Below, piece after piece: positions 11,971 through 25,426 of a DNA stretch of 64,000 bases; the stretch's first letter is position 1; the number at the start of each line of letters is the position of its first letter. The stretch is from Malacoraja senta (taxonomy: Eukaryota). The notes under the pieces are model-generated. The model saw only the letters and a program-made list of their open reading frames with translations. It had not been told where the DNA came from and made no database searches. The position numbers and the translations under genes were made by a program. The stretch is from assembly GCA_038087875.1 (NCBI GenBank), contig CM075989.1, positions 22,570,001 to 22,634,000 of the forward strand, written 5' to 3'.

Positions 11971-12912
11971 ATGGATTGTTATCCTGCGATTTAATATCAA
12001 ATCAAGATTACATTTCCTGTATTCTGAAACGGGGGGCGAGAGATTTATTTTAAAAATGTAAAAAGTCCTGAGAAAGCAGGCAAATAGATAGGTCCCCCAG
12101 TCCATGAACTAACGTCAGAAACTTTAGTCCAAACGAGAGTGAGTCCTGCTGACTGCTTGAAATACGAGGAGCAGATCGAGGCCTGGCTAAATGCATCTCT
12201 ATTTATGTTGGAGAACATGGCAAACTCAGACAATACCTAAAAAGGAAGCAAACAGCTTTTGTGTGCATAGTGTTGGTAATTTGACAGTTCTTTCATGGGA
12301 CAACATAAAATCAAAAGCAAAGATTCTCTTTCGCTTAAGGGAAAATGAAAAAAAAAAAATCAAAGAAAACCTTGGACTAATTAACGGAGGCATGACTCCT
12401 TGATAACACAAAGGAAGGCAGAAAATCCAAAGATTGAAACTGTTAGAAATATTCCCAAGGCGGAAACTCAAAACCCACAGAATGCCGAGTTCTTCTAAAG
12501 GGTTAGTTGATACCAGAGGGAGTTGGAAAGGAAGACCGATTCACCTAATAGAAATTGAGAACATGGAGAAAATCTTGCAGGAATATACATAGAGAAAATA
12601 TGAAAAATATGTAAGAAAGGTCACGGGACAACCGAAGCTTGGAGTTTTATCATTTGAACAGAGATTAAGCTGAGATGTGGTGTTTAATTAAAAAAATAAG
12701 GATAAATGCTGGGAATGCTCAAGAAGTCAGGCAGAATATGTGGAGAGAGAACGAAACAATGTCATTGGAGTAAAAGGAAACACTGCCAAAGGTGGGAATC
12801 CAGAACAAAAGAAGAAAGTGATAAAATAAAAACAGAGATATAATTACACCAGCATCCCCACTTGCTTAGAAGTTTAAACCAATTTGGCACTTGGTCGAGG
12901 ACTCTAATATAT

Positions 12913-13290
12913 CGGGTAGAGTTGATGCCTCACAGCGCCAAAGACCTAGGTTTGATCCTGATTACGGGTGCTGTCTGCACAGGGTTTGGACGAAGATAGA
13001 CACAAAATGTTGGAGTAACTCTAGCGGGACAGGCAGCATCATTGGAGAGAGGGAATGTGTGACGATTCGGGTTGGGATCCTTTGTACGTTCTCCCTGTGA
13101 CCGCATGGGTTTTCTCCAATTGCTCTGGTTTCCTCCCACATTCCAAAGACGTGCATGTTTGTAGGTTAATTAGCTTCAGTAAATTGCCCCCTAGCGTACG
13201 GGATAGAACTAGTGTATGGGGTAATCGCTGGCTCGGTGGGCCGAAGGGCCTGTTTCCGCGCTGTATCTCTACAGTAAACTAAACTAAGGA
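12913..13290 (+). mobile_element. V-SINE with a nested Penelope terminal unit (about 12990-13080, minus strand)
   Basis: Family similarity of both parts. Confidence 0.75.
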
Positions 13291-13428
13291 AGCAGTCATA
13301 GGTGGGTAGACAATAATGCTGGAGAAACTCAGCGGGTGAGGCAGCATCTATGGAGCGAAGGATCAGGTGACGTTTCTGGTCGACACACCAAAGGTGACGT
13401 TTCAGATCGAGACACGGAAGCATCTATG

Positions 13429-13628
13429 NNNNNNNNNNNNNNNNNNNNNNNNNNNNNNNNNNNNNNNNNNNNNNNNNNNNNNNNNNNNNNNNNNNNNNNN
13501 NNNNNNNNNNNNNNNNNNNNNNNNNNNNNNNNNNNNNNNNNNNNNNNNNNNNNNNNNNNNNNNNNNNNNNNNNNNNNNNNNNNNNNNNNNNNNNNNNNNN
13601 NNNNNNNNNNNNNNNNNNNNNNNNNNNN
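13429..13628. other. Assembly gap (200 N)
   Basis: N run. Confidence 1.
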
Positions 13629-13834
13629 TCACCCATTCCTTCTCTCCAGAGATGCTGCCTGTCCCGCTGAGTTACTCCAGCATTTTGTGTCTATCTTAGT
13701 GTGAAATACTCTTTTGATATATAGATCAGTAAGTTATCACTGTACATAAGTACAATCCCCTGATTAGAGTGTACATAACTAGCCCACTGGGTGTATATGC
13801 AAGAGTCACCATGTTTTGGTGCCATTGGTGCATG

Positions 13835-14095
13835 CGGCACGGTGGCGCAGCGGTAGAGGTGCTGTCTGTACGGAGTTTGCACGTTCTCCCCGTGACCTGC
13901 GGGTGCTCTGGTTTCCACCCACGCTCCAAAGACGTACAGGGTTATATTGTAATTGGCTTGGTATCGACGTAAATTGTCCCTAGTGTGTGTGTGTGTAGGA
14001 AAGTGTAAGTGTGCGGGGATCGCTGGTCGGCGCGGACCCGGTGGGACGAAGGGCCTGTTTTCCACGCTGTATCTCTAAACTAAATTAAGCTAAAG
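13835..14095 (+). mobile_element. V-SINE, internally deleted
   Basis: Head joined to the core with the B-box region missing; normal tail. Confidence 0.8.
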
Positions 14096-14311
14096 CCGAC
14101 ATTCCCAGCTGCAGCTGTCCACAAAGTCCTATTGCAGCCGCCGCCTCCAGTCAGATCGTCCCGCCAACCGACGTCCCTCCCCTCGCTCTGAACACTCAGC
14201 GCCCAAAAGATATCAGGCTGCAGTTAAACTTTAACATTGGTTTATCTTTGACCATTGTTGTTGTCTACTAAAGCGGAGAATGCACATCAAGAAAAAAACC
14301 CTGGATTAGTA

Positions 14312-14640
14312 ACCAGTGCACTGCTGAAGGAGTTGTGACTGTCAGATATGTCATCTTTCAGTTGAGATGTTAAGCTGAGGCCCCACCGTTCTCTCTCATT
14401 GATGTGACTTTACTTCAAATAACAGCAGGCGATTTTTCCTGGGTGTCCTAGAAAATTATATTTCCTTAGCCAACAATCACTTGGAAACAGATAATCTGAT
14501 CATTACCACCAGAGATCTCGCTGTGCACAATTTGCTGCAGTGTTTCGTCCTTTACATCACTGGTTACATTTCACAAGGAAAGGCTGTGAAGTGCGCTGCG
14601 TTCTCGAGGAAGTGAAAGGGTCTGAATAATGCAGGCTTCC
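14312..14640 (+). mobile_element. Old Deu-domain SINE (SacSINE1/AmnSINE1-like)
   Basis: Ordered blocks TCTTTCAGTTGAGATGTTAAGCTGAGGCCCC, GGTGTCCT, AAACAGATAATCTGATCATTA, GCTGTGCACAATTTGCTGC, GTGAAAGG resemble the Deu-SINE consensus as recalled. Confidence 0.7.
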
Positions 14641-14842
14641 CTCCCGACTGCACAAACAGGCATTGTTGATTGCTCTCAGTCTGAAGAAGGGTCTCGACCC
14701 GAAACATCCCCCATTCCTTCTCTCCAGAGATGCTGCCTGTCCCGCTGAGTTACGCCAGCGTTTTGTGTCTGTCGTGGTTGATTGTCGATATCTCTTTCTC
14801 CTCGAGAGGAGTGGAGGTGTGGGACAAATGATAATATTTTGT

Positions 14843-15072
14843 GTTTAGTTTGGTTTAGTTTAGAGATACAGCGCGAGAAACAGGCCCTTCGGCCCACCGA
14901 GTCCGTGCCGATCGGTGATCCGTGGACACTTACACTATCCCACATACACTAAGGACAACTTACAACCTTTACCAAAGCCAATTAACTTACAAACCTGTAC
15001 GTCCTTTGAGTGTGGGAGGAAACAGGAGCTCCCAGAGAAAACACATGCGGTCACAGGGAGAATGTACAAACA
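14843..15072 (-). mobile_element. V-SINE, 5'-truncated
   Basis: Family similarity. Confidence 0.8.
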
Positions 15073-15150
15073 CTCAGTGTGAAGAAGGGTCCCGACCCGA
15101 AACGTCACCCATTCCTTCTCTCCAGAAATGTTGCCTGACCCGCTGAGTTA

Positions 15151-15240
15151 AGCCCCTGTCCCACTTACGTGCCCTTGGCACGAAGGTCGCGCGCGACTTC
15201 ATTCGCCCGCACAGCCGTCTGGAGCGCGTGGCGTCATTTG
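15151..15240. mobile_element. Partial Harbinger-type MITE (one TIR only)
   Basis: TTA followed by AGCCCCTGTCCCACTT; CpG-rich. Confidence 0.55.
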
Positions 15241-15470
15241 AAGATGGACACAAAATGCTGGAGTAATTCAGCGGGACCGGCAGCATCTCTGGAGAGAAGC
15301 AATGGATGATGTCTCGTGTCGAGACCCTTCTTCAGTCTGAAAGAATGGTCTTGACCCGAAACGTCACCCATTGCTTCTCTCCAGAGATGCTGCCTGACCC
15401 GCTGAGTTACTCCAGCATTTTGTGTCTATGTTTGGTTTAAGCCAGCATCTGCAGTTCCTTCATACACATA
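15241..15470. mobile_element. Inverted pair of Penelope terminal units
   Basis: Axis at CCCTTCTTCAG-T-CTGAAAGAATGG near 15336. Confidence 0.8.
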
Positions 15471-16820
15471 TAGCTGATCTGTTGGGAAAGAGTGCAAAAT
15501 AAAGCTTTTCACTGTATCTTGGTGCATGTGACAATAATAAACCTAAAACTGATCTCTTGGCTCAGATTAATTGAGCCTTGCATTGGCTAAACACTCCCTG
15601 TGTTAAACTTGTCTGAGGCTTTAATGGAAGCTGGCAGGCAAGTGCAACAAATTACTCTGGTCAGATATTGATAGGTCAGCACATTGGATGGACAAATGCT
15701 GAATTATCTACAAAGTATTGAAGAGAAACCCTATAATGTTATTGAACACTGAAGTACAATAAATGGAGGCACAACAGACTTCAGATCCTGGAATTTTGAG
15801 CGAAAAACACAAAGTTTTGAAACAACTTTTAACTTTTCGTACAAAGGGTGGTGGGTGTATGGAACGAGCTGCCAGAGGAGGTAGCTGAGGCAAGGACTAT
15901 CGCAACGTTTAAGAAACATATTAGACAGGTACATGGATAGGAGAGGTTTAGAAGGATATGGACCAAATGCAGGCAGGTGGGACTAGTGTAGCTAGGACAT
16001 GTTGTCCGCTGTGGGCAAGTTGGGCTGAGCTGCCTGCTTCCATGCCGTTTGACTCTATGACTCAGTGAGTCAGGCAGCAACTGGGGAGGGAGTGGATAGG
16101 TGACGTTTCAGGTCAGATTCCAAAGAAGGGGTTTCGTCCTGAAAATTGCATGTCCATTCCCTCCCCAAATGCTGCCTATTCCACAAAGTTCCTCAAGCAC
16201 TTTGTGTTCTGTTTAAGTAAAATCAATGATTAACCTGTTGAGTGCCCCCCCCCCCCCCCCCTGAGCATACTCGAGTGAATAGTGAAAAATAAATTGGCGG
16301 TGAACACGTTAAAGTGCCCTAAATTTTAACATCTTGTGTTGAAACTAACCCTTTGGAAGAATCCACGATTTTTCAGAGTGAAAAGTCACATTTAAACATG
16401 AATGATAAGAATATAAAAACAAAGTAAAAAGAACTAACCATTTGGCCCTTCAAACCAGCTTTGCTCTTCAATAAGGTGAAGATCTCTTCCATAAGGTGAA
16501 GAGTCTCAGTCTGAAGAAGGGTTTCGACCTATCATGTCACCTATTCCTTTTCTCCAGAGATGCTGCCTGACCCACTGAGTTACTCCAGCCGTTTGCATCT
16601 GTCCTTCATCTCAACTCTATCTCCAAGCAAATGTTTGAAAATTTCCTCCATATTCAAAATCCACCAATCTTTAGCTTGGATACATTAACTCACCAAAACC
16701 CCACGGAATTCAAGAATTTCAAAATTCATCTCCCTCTGAAAGAAGGTATTTCTCTCTGACCCAATAGAATCATGTAACTCCTCTTTCAAACACAGCAACA
16801 CTTAGCTCCAGACTATCTCC

Positions 16821-17258
16821 CATAGAAACATGGAAACATAGAAAAATAGTTGCAGGAGAAAGCCATTCGGCCCTTCGAGCCAGCACCGCCATTCAATATG
16901 ATCATGGCTGATCATCTAAAATCAGCACCCAGTTCCTGCTTTCTCCCCATATCCCTTAATTCCTTTAGCCCTAAGAGCTAAATCTAAATTTCTCTTGAAA
17001 ACATCGAGTGAATTGGCCTCCACTGCCTTCTGTGGCAGAGAATCCTACAGATTCACGACTCTCTGGGTGAAGAAATGTTTCCACATCTAGGTCCTGAATG
17101 GCCTACCCCTTATTCTTAAACTGTGTGACCCCTGGTTCTGGACTCCCCCAACATCGGGAACAGTTTTCCTGCATCTAGCCTGTCCAATCCTTTAAGAATG
17201 TTATATGTTTCTATAAGATGCCCTCTCATCCTTCTAAATTCCAGTGAATACAAGCCCA
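16821..17258 (-). mobile_element. CR1 3' fragment
   Basis: ORF2 tail, 3'UTR and (TTTCTATG)n-type tail. Confidence 0.85.
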
Positions 17259-17334
17259 AGAGTAGCAAATATTCTTCATGAGCACTGACCCTATCAAGTC
17301 TTCAGAATATGTTTCAGTGAGATATATTATTCTG

Positions 17335-17672
17335 GGGTGGCACGGTGGCGTAGCGGTAGAGTTGCTAATAATACTGGGCCAGTGATTTACAGCGCCAGAG
17401 ACCCGGGTTCGATCCTGACTACGGGCGCTGTCTGTACAGAGATTGTACGTTCTGACCCTGACCTGTGTGGGTTTTCTCCGGGTGCCCTGGTTTCCTCCCA
17501 CACTCCAAAGACGTACAGGTTTGCAGGTTAATTGGCTTCCGTAAAGATTGTACATTTTCCCCTGTGTGCGTAGGACAGCGTTGGTGTGCTGGTGATCGCT
17601 GGTTGGTGTGGACTCGGTGGGCCGAAGGGCCTGATTCCCCGCTGTATATCTAAACGAAACGAAACTAAACCA
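17335..17672 (+). mobile_element. V-SINE (HE1-like), near full length
   Basis: A-box GGTGGCGTAGCGG, B-box GGTTCGATCC, V-domain-type core, CR1-like tail. Confidence 0.88.
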
Positions 17673-18799
17673 AATATCTACTTTCCTTCTGCTGTACTCC
17701 AGGGAATGCAGAGCTACTGAACCCAATCTCCCCTCATAGGCATCTTAGAAATCATTCCAATGAACCTTCACTGCACTCCTTCTAATATAAGTATATCTTT
17801 TCTTTTGCACAGGAACCAGGTGGTTCCTGGTGGCTGCAGACCCTATCTAATTACACTAAGCAATGAACTGCTGCTAACCTACCATATGCTTTCTTAATTA
17901 TTTGGTGCAACTGTGTGTTAACTGCACATGATTTGTGTTTAAGGTAAACCAGGTCCCGGTGTGTTACATTTGGTGAGCTGGCAACTACACCTTCTTCCCC
18001 CAGGGTTTAATTTAAGTAATTTGCCTAGAAATTGATTTCACCCCATTTTTGTCTGCTTAATTGGCCCAAACAGCAAACTTTGTTTGGTCGTCACCAAAGT
18101 ACATTCGCAAATTGCCATTTTAAGAATAGCTCATTTGGTGTTCTCATTTAAATGTCTTCAAGGCAAATTTAGAATCATAAGGCATGGAAACAGACCCTTC
18201 GGCTCAAGTCTTCCATGCCGACCAAGACTCTCATCTAAACTAATCCCATTTGAGTGCAATTGGCCCATAGCCCGGTAAACCTTTTGTTTCCATGTACCTG
18301 TCCAAATGTCTATTAAATGTTGTCATAGCGTCTTCTGAATCCAACCACAAACATCAGTATGGACAGGACAGGTCTAGAGGGATACGAGCCAAATGCAGGC
18401 AGGTGGGACCAGTGTAGATGGGACATGTTGGCCGATGTGGGCAAGTTGAGCTGAAGGACCAGTTTTTACGCTGTCAGACTCTATGACTCCATCAACTGTC
18501 CATCCTCACCCCAGATGCTGCCTGACTTGCTGAGCTGTTTCAGAACTTTGTGTTTTTACGCTCAAGATTCCAGGATCTACAGTCCCTTGTGTCTCCATTT
18601 ATTTCATTTAGGTGTTTAAGAGCATCTTAAGTTTTTTCTTCAATATTCTTTAGTTTACCTCCTCTGGCAGCTCATTCCATATGATTTGTAGGTACATCAC
18701 AGAGTCATAGAATGATATAGCGTGGAAGCAGTCCCTTCGGCCCAACTAGCCCACACTGGCCAACATGTCCCAGCTACACTAGTCCCACCTGCCCGCGTT

Positions 18800-19092
18800 T
18801 AGACAATAGACAATAGGTGCAGGAGTAGGCCATTCGGCCCTTCGAGCCAGCATCGCCATTCAATGTGATCATGGCTGATCATCCCCAATCAGTACCCCGT
18901 TCCTGCCTTCTCCCCATATCCCCTGACTCCGCTATCTTTAAGAGCTCTAACTAACTCTCTCTTGAAAGCATCCAGAGAAATGACCTCCACCACCCTCTGA
19001 GGCAGAGAATTCCACACTCGCAACTCGGTGTGAAAAAGTTGTTCCTCATCTCCGTTCTAAATGGCTTACCCCTTGGTCTTAAACTGTGGCCG
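18800..19092 (-). mobile_element. CR1 3' fragment nested in another CR1 3'UTR
   Basis: (ATTGTCT)n tail; GKPFRTEMRNNFF remnant. Confidence 0.85.
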
Positions 19093-20639
19093 TATCCCCC
19101 CAAACCATGCCCATATCTTAAACTGTGCCCATATCTCTCCAAACCGGTCCTATCTAAGTACCTGTCTAAATGTTTCTTAAACGTTGGCATGGTAATCATT
19201 GAGAAAGCTTGATAGATATGAATTTAATCTTATGAGGTGTTCTTACACTGCCCAATCACATTGAGCCTGCTACACACTAGTTAGGTTACTGGAATAATAG
19301 TGGGCCAATGATTCACATAGATGCATGTTCAAATTTTCCATGGCACCTAAGGAACTAAAACACCATTAAGCTATTGCTTGTAGAATGCAAAGCCTATCAG
19401 CAATGTTGACTTTGGCAATGGAAATTCCTCGTGCTTCTCTAATGCCCTTTAGGGAAGGAAGGGCCATTTGTGAACCATGGAAATATTGATCGCTAACTGC
19501 ACTTTGAAACGGCTCAGTAAGTAACTCATTCAAAGTGAACAAATGGCAATAATACCCAAATCCTGTCAATGAATAATAGTCACAGAGTCATACAGAGTAG
19601 CAACAGGCCCTCCAGCCCAAACTGCCCACACTGACCAACATGCCCCATCTACACTAATCCCACCTGCCTGCATTTGGCCCATATCCCTCCAAACCTGTCC
19701 TATCCAAGTACCTGTCTAAATGTTTCTTAAACATTGCGAAAGTACCTGCATAGGATGGAGTAATGTAAAATATATTTTTTTAGCATCTAAACATCTAATT
19801 CATCTCAGTAATAGCCCAGTATTTTTCCTGCTACTGATGTCAGATTAACTGGCCATTCGTGGCCACTACCTCATAGTGGTCTGCTGCTACTGCTACTGCT
19901 ATGTACATTTTTATGCTGCTGTCTTTTAACCATGCTGCTTTTTACTTTTTTATTATTTATTTATAGGCTCATTATTATTAGATTTATTGAGGAAGGTTTT
20001 TAATATTAGAATTTATTGATGTCTTTACTGTCCTTTATTGATGTCTTACTGAACTATTACGCTGCTCGGACCCGAGTACAAATTTGGTTTATGATTCATG
20101 TGGAAGCATGTTTTTATCGAATGACAATAAATAAATGAACTTGAACTTGATGATTACTTATCCTACATTATTTTCTCTTTGCCTTTGCCTGAATTGTATG
20201 ATTATATTAGTTTAGTTTAGTTTATTGTCACGTGCAACGAGGTACAGTGGAAAGCTTTTGTTGCGTGCTACCCAGTCAGTGGAAAGACAATACATGATTA
20301 CGATCGAGCCGTTCACTGTGTATAAATAAGAAACGTTGCTGTAGGAATAGAGATGTAAGAGTGTGGAGCGATTGTAATATGTGATTGTAGATATGCTTCT
20401 GTGGCTCGCACACAAATAGTCGGCGGGCATCTTGGCAGCACCCGACATGAAGGCTATTTCCTACATTTCAATAAATGGCAACTATAGTAAAATCAAGGCA
20501 ATTTGTAAATATTAAATATAATACGATTGGATGAAAATTATGGAATTATTGGTGCTCTTTGAAGATATAAACTGAAAGTAACACCTAATACTTTATCAAT
20601 CTGAAATTCACACAAAGGTTCCAGCCCAACAGATCAACA

Positions 20640-21765
20640 ATGGCTCCAAAGCCATTTATAAATTCACCAGAGATAGACACCATTGTTGGATGAATAAGAG
20701 ATAATGATGTCCCAGAGTGCAGGAGGGAAGTCAATAATTTGCTTGAGAGGTGCCAGAACAACAATCTTGCTCTAAACTTGAGCAAAATCTTCAGCGAGCT
20801 GACTGTTGACTTCAGGAAGGAAAAGCTGAAGGACCATGCATCTGTCATTATTGGTGAGAGAGATTCAACAAGTCCCAGTTCCTGGTCATCATCTCTGATG
20901 CTCTGTCCTGGGCCCAAAACATCGATCTATGATCGGAGTTTACGGGACTATATCTTGCACTAAACATTATTCTCGTTATTCCCTTTATCATGTATCTATA
21001 AGCTGTGGATGGCGGATGGCTCAACTGTTATCATGTATTGTCTTTCCGCTGACTGGTTAGCACGCAACAAATGGTTTTCACTGTATCTTGGTGGCAATAA
21101 ACTAAACTAAACTCAACTAAACTAAGTGCAATCACAAACAAAGCTCACCAATGCTTCTACTTCCTCAGAAGCTTGAGCATATTTGATGTCATGGAATACT
21201 CTATCGAACTTACACAAGTGTACTCTGGAGAGCATACCTACTGGCTGCATCATGGCCTGGTTCAGATAGGTGAGCACTCAAGAATGAAGGAGACCACAGA
21301 TAGTGGTGGACGTTGCCCATCCCATCACACGTACTGACCTCCCCACCATTGAATGGATCTACATGAAGTGCTGCCTCAATAAGACAGCCGGTATCTTCAA
21401 AGAACCACACCACCCTGGCCATACTGTCTTCTCGCTGCTACCATTGGGAAGAAGGTGCTGGAGCCAGAGAACTGTTACCTCCAGTTCAAGAACTGCTTCT
21501 TCCCAACAACCATCAAGTTGTCGAGTGCACGGGTACTATGTACAACTCTGAGCACAACCCTACCTCAGCTCTGAATCGCTGTCTATGCACTACGATGGTT
21601 ACTCTATGTACAGTATGATGGTCTCATTTACTTTATTCCAGTTTACTCTTGAATAACTGACAATATATTGTACATTTATTGCGGTCATTGTTGCATCTAA
21701 TGTGGCTGCAAAGCTGCAGGGACAAGAATTCCATTCACACAACAAATAAACACTATTGACTCTTG
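20640..21765 (+). mobile_element. Degraded Rex1/Babar LINE with a nested younger 3'UTR
   Basis: CQNNNLALNLSK...LTVDFRK and HPGHTVFSLLPLGRR remnants. Confidence 0.75.
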
Positions 21766-21817
21766 AGGTCAATGCACACATTTGGAGATTCGGTCTTCAG
21801 AAACTCGCTGTTACATA

Positions 21818-21835
21818 GGCCAATAGAGGGCGCCC
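21818..21835 (+). promoter_or_regulatory. Candidate CTCF site
   Basis: GGCCAATAGAGGGCGCC; 13/14 match to CCASYAGRKGGCRS in non-repeat DNA. Confidence 0.4.
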
Positions 21836-21916
21836 CCAACAGTAACTCAGCAAGTCTGACGAGTGACGATATTAAAGCAAAAGCATCTTCAGTTCAGACA
21901 GAAAATTGTAGCAGAT

Positions 21917-22216
21917 TTGGTTCAGTTTAGTGTAGAGATACAGTGTGGAAACAGGCCCTTCGGCCCACCGAGTCCACACCGACCAGTGATCCCCGCACAC
22001 TAACACTATCCCACTCACACTAGGGACAATTAACCTACAAACCTGTACGTCTTTCGAGTGCGGGAGGACACCGATGATCTCGGAGAAAACCCACACAGGT
22101 CACGGGGAGAACGTACAAACACCGTACAGACAGCACCCGTAGTCGGGATCGAACCCGGGTCTCTGGCGCTGTAAGCGGTATAAGGCAGTTATTTTACCGC
22201 TGCGCCACCGTGCCGT
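21917..22216 (-). mobile_element. V-SINE
   Basis: Family similarity. Confidence 0.85.
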
Positions 22217-22519
22217 CCTGAGGTATTTAGGAGGGAATTAGTGAAGCAATATGAAGCAATAATTGCATCAAATATTATCACCAAACAACTAATGTCACCA
22301 GAAAGGACTTTTTGTTCTTCTTTTGTTCACCTGCTTAAGTTAAAACAGTGCGAAATGAAGCTAGACGCATAATGAAGAGACTCACGAGTCAAGAGTGTTT
22401 TATTGTCAAATGTCCCAGATAGAACAATGAAATTCTTGCTTCCAGCAGCACAACAGAATATGAACAAAACAGTACCCTGTAAAACAACATCATAAACAAG
22501 AGAGAAAACAACAAGTTCA

Positions 22520-22596
22520 GTGTGTGTATATATATATACACACACACACTCACAACTACACATATATGTAGATCATATATACACATATATGTAGAT

Positions 22597-22628
<32 letters not shown>

Positions 22629-22758
22629 TACTCACAACTACACATATATGTAGATCATATATACACATATATGTAGATTATATATATATATATATACACA
22701 CACACACATACTCACAACTACACATATATGTAGATCATATATACACATATATGTAGAT

Positions 22759-22828
<70 letters not shown>

Positions 22829-22875
22829 CATATATATTTATATACACACACACATACGTACACAAACACATACGT
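22520..22875. repeat. Compound (TA)/(CA) microsatellite amplified as an 80-82 bp unit, three copies
   Basis: CTCACAACTACACATATATGTAGATC recurs at 22549, 22631 and 22711. Confidence 0.9.
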
Positions 22876-23299
22876 ACAATGTTGGAATACCTCAGCGGGT
22901 CAGGCAGCATCTCAAGAGAAAAGGAATAGGGGTCGAGACCCTTCTTCAGGTTTCGGGTCGAGACCCTTCTTCAGACTGAGAGTCAGGGAAGAGGGAAACG
23001 AGAGAAATGAAAAGGTGCAGAGAACAAATGAAGGAAAGATATGCAAAGATCTAATCACAAAATGAAGCTTGCCCAGTGCGGAAAAGTGCTTTCCAGTTTG
23101 AAGAGTATAAATGGTAAAGAGTGTTTCATTCTCATATGTACTGACAACGGAGCAATGAAATAGCAACAGCATAACAGGCCTGTAAACACAATACATACAG
23201 TTAATATATAACAAGCAAAAAAAAAATCAATAAACCAGTAACCACAATACTGGTGCAACATACCCCAAAGTCTTTAATACAATTGATGACAGTCCCTTG

Positions 23300-23590
23300 A
23301 AACTCATAGTGAGGTCAGTGTTGTGTAGTGTTCAAGAACTTGTTGAAGAAGCGATTCTTGAACCTGATGTCAGGGCATTTACGCTCCTGTTCCTTCTTCA
23401 CGATGGTAAGAGTGAGATGAGTTTGGCTAGGGGAGGTGTGGGTTTTTGATGATACTTGCTGCCTTTTTGAAGCAGCGCTTCCTATAGATCTCTTCGATGG
23501 TGGAGAGGTCCAACCTGTGATGGACTGGGCAATGTCTACCGTCTCTGTCATTTCCTTTGTTCCTGGGGTTCAGATTGCCAAACCAGGCCT
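23300..23590 (-). mobile_element. Degraded Rex1/Babar fragment
   Basis: VDIAQSITG...IRFKNRFF remnants. Confidence 0.65.
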
Positions 23591-24272
23591 TGGCCCAAGG
23601 CAGTCAAATCGTTATCTGTTTAAATCTGTTGTTTATAATTCGTCTGAAGATGGATCCTAACCCGAAACGTCACCTATGGATTTTCTCCAGAGATGCTACT
23701 TGACCCGCTGAGTTACCCAGACAGTCAGCATGAGACAAATGGCCACTCTATATACATACTTCTTGTTGAAAAGAAACTTAACTAACACTTGAAAAGTGGT
23801 CACCAGATTGATGATCTCAACAGGCCAAGGTGAAAGGTGGAGATGTAGTCTGTCAAACCCAAACTATTAGAGTGCACTGCAAACCTTTGAGACTGAATCA
23901 ATAGCAATTCAATTTAGAAATTGATCCACATTTTTATTTGAAATATGTTTTTGAATTTGTGATTGACCCCATGTTCCACTTAATGCTGCAAAGATCTTTC
24001 CATCAAACAAAGGCCTAGCCACTATGAGAAGAACATATTGAATCAGTCTGCAACGGTACTGAAACATGACTTGTTGGGTAATCTGAACTTTTAAAAAGTG
24101 GAGAGAAGAAATGGGTGACGTTTCGGGTGGAGATTCTCCTCCAGACCTTCTCAACCCAAAACGTCACCCATTCCTTCTCTCCAGAGATGCTGCCTGTCCC
24201 ACTGAGTTACTCCAGCTTCTTGTGTCTATCTTCAATTTAGAAGATCTACAGTTCTTTCCTACACTGACATTT

Positions 24273-24577
24273 TTTAGTTTAGTTTGGTCTAGTTTCGAGA
24301 TACTGCGTGGAAACAGGCCTTTCCGCCATCCGAGTCCGCGCTGACGAGCGATTCCCGTACACTAGTTCGATCCTACAGAATAGGGACAACAATCTACAGA
24401 AGCCAATTAACCTCCAACCCTGCATGTTTTGAAATGTGCGAGGAAACTGGAGCATCCAGAAAAAACCCACGCAGGTCACGGGGAGAACGTACAAACTCTG
24501 TATTTACAAGCACTGTAGTCAGGATCGAACCCGGGTCTCTGGTGATATAAGGCAGCAATTCTACCGCTGCACCACCG
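24273..24577 (-). mobile_element. V-SINE
   Basis: Family similarity. Confidence 0.8.
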
Positions 24578-24688
24578 AGTTAAATTGCTAAATTGATTTT
24601 GAATTTCCAAATGACTGCTCCTGTATCCACAATGTTAGATTGTTCGACGTACCCTCCAAAGAGGCAGGCAGAATCTGAAGAAGGGTCT

Positions 24689-24892
24689 TCTCATGACGAT
24701 GAGTCACGATGATGATATGTAAATAAGATGACCTCTGTATCAGATGACCTGGAGATCAGATCGGGTGGGGCTGTGTAAGCGAAGATGGAAGCTGTGACTG
24801 TGTGAGTCAATATACACGGAAAACAATGTATGTAACTTCTTAATAATGTGTCGATATCATTATTACTTCACATCTGCAGCCAGGATGTGACA
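24689..24892. mobile_element. Probable solo LTR (204 bp) inserted in a Penelope hammerhead motif
   Basis: 5-bp TSD GGTCT (24684-24688, 24893-24897); termini TCTCA...TGACA (TGTCA expected, one change). Confidence 0.65.
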
Positions 24893-25426
24893 GGTCTCGA
24901 CCCGAAACGTCGCCTATTCCTTCTCTCCATAGATACTGCCTCACCCGCTGAGTTTCTCCAGCATTTTTGTCTAACTTTTATGTTACATGAAGACATCTTT
25001 TTTTATTTTTCCCTAGCTTGGCAGAAACAGCTAAAAAGGAGCTGGTAAATTCATCCGGAGTACTTAAAAGAAATCTCAAATCACGAGTGGTCAGACTTCC
25101 CCTGAACCTCCCATCTGATCAACTTATCTCTTTCCATCATCAGTTTCTTTGCATTCCCATGGTGAAGCGCCTTCAATATTGGGTTCTTGTTTGGGAAATT
25201 AAATTCAGACCAATGATACAGATTAAAAGAATACGTCATTGAAATTACAGTCAAGAGGCAATTTCCGGTAATGCGTTTATTGTCCTTTAGAGAACTTTGA
25301 ATGCAAAATGGATGCAAGGTTGAAAAGGAGTATAATAAAGATACAAGGTGGTGAGTGAGGCAGTGGATGGAACTCAACGGCACCTTCAATGAACCAGTAT
25401 GAACATAATAAGCCCAGTGGTGTTCT

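Noticed and set aside
13336..13704. ORFs spanning N runs (also 49881-50435)
   Set aside because: Artefacts of assembly gaps
17335..17420. tRNA-like A/B boxes here and at many other sites
   Set aside because: They are SINE heads continuing into the V-SINE body, not tRNA genes
25017..25044. 28-nt micro-exon candidate (CTAG | ... | GTAAAT)
   Set aside because: Weak donor, no partner exons and no recognisable peptide
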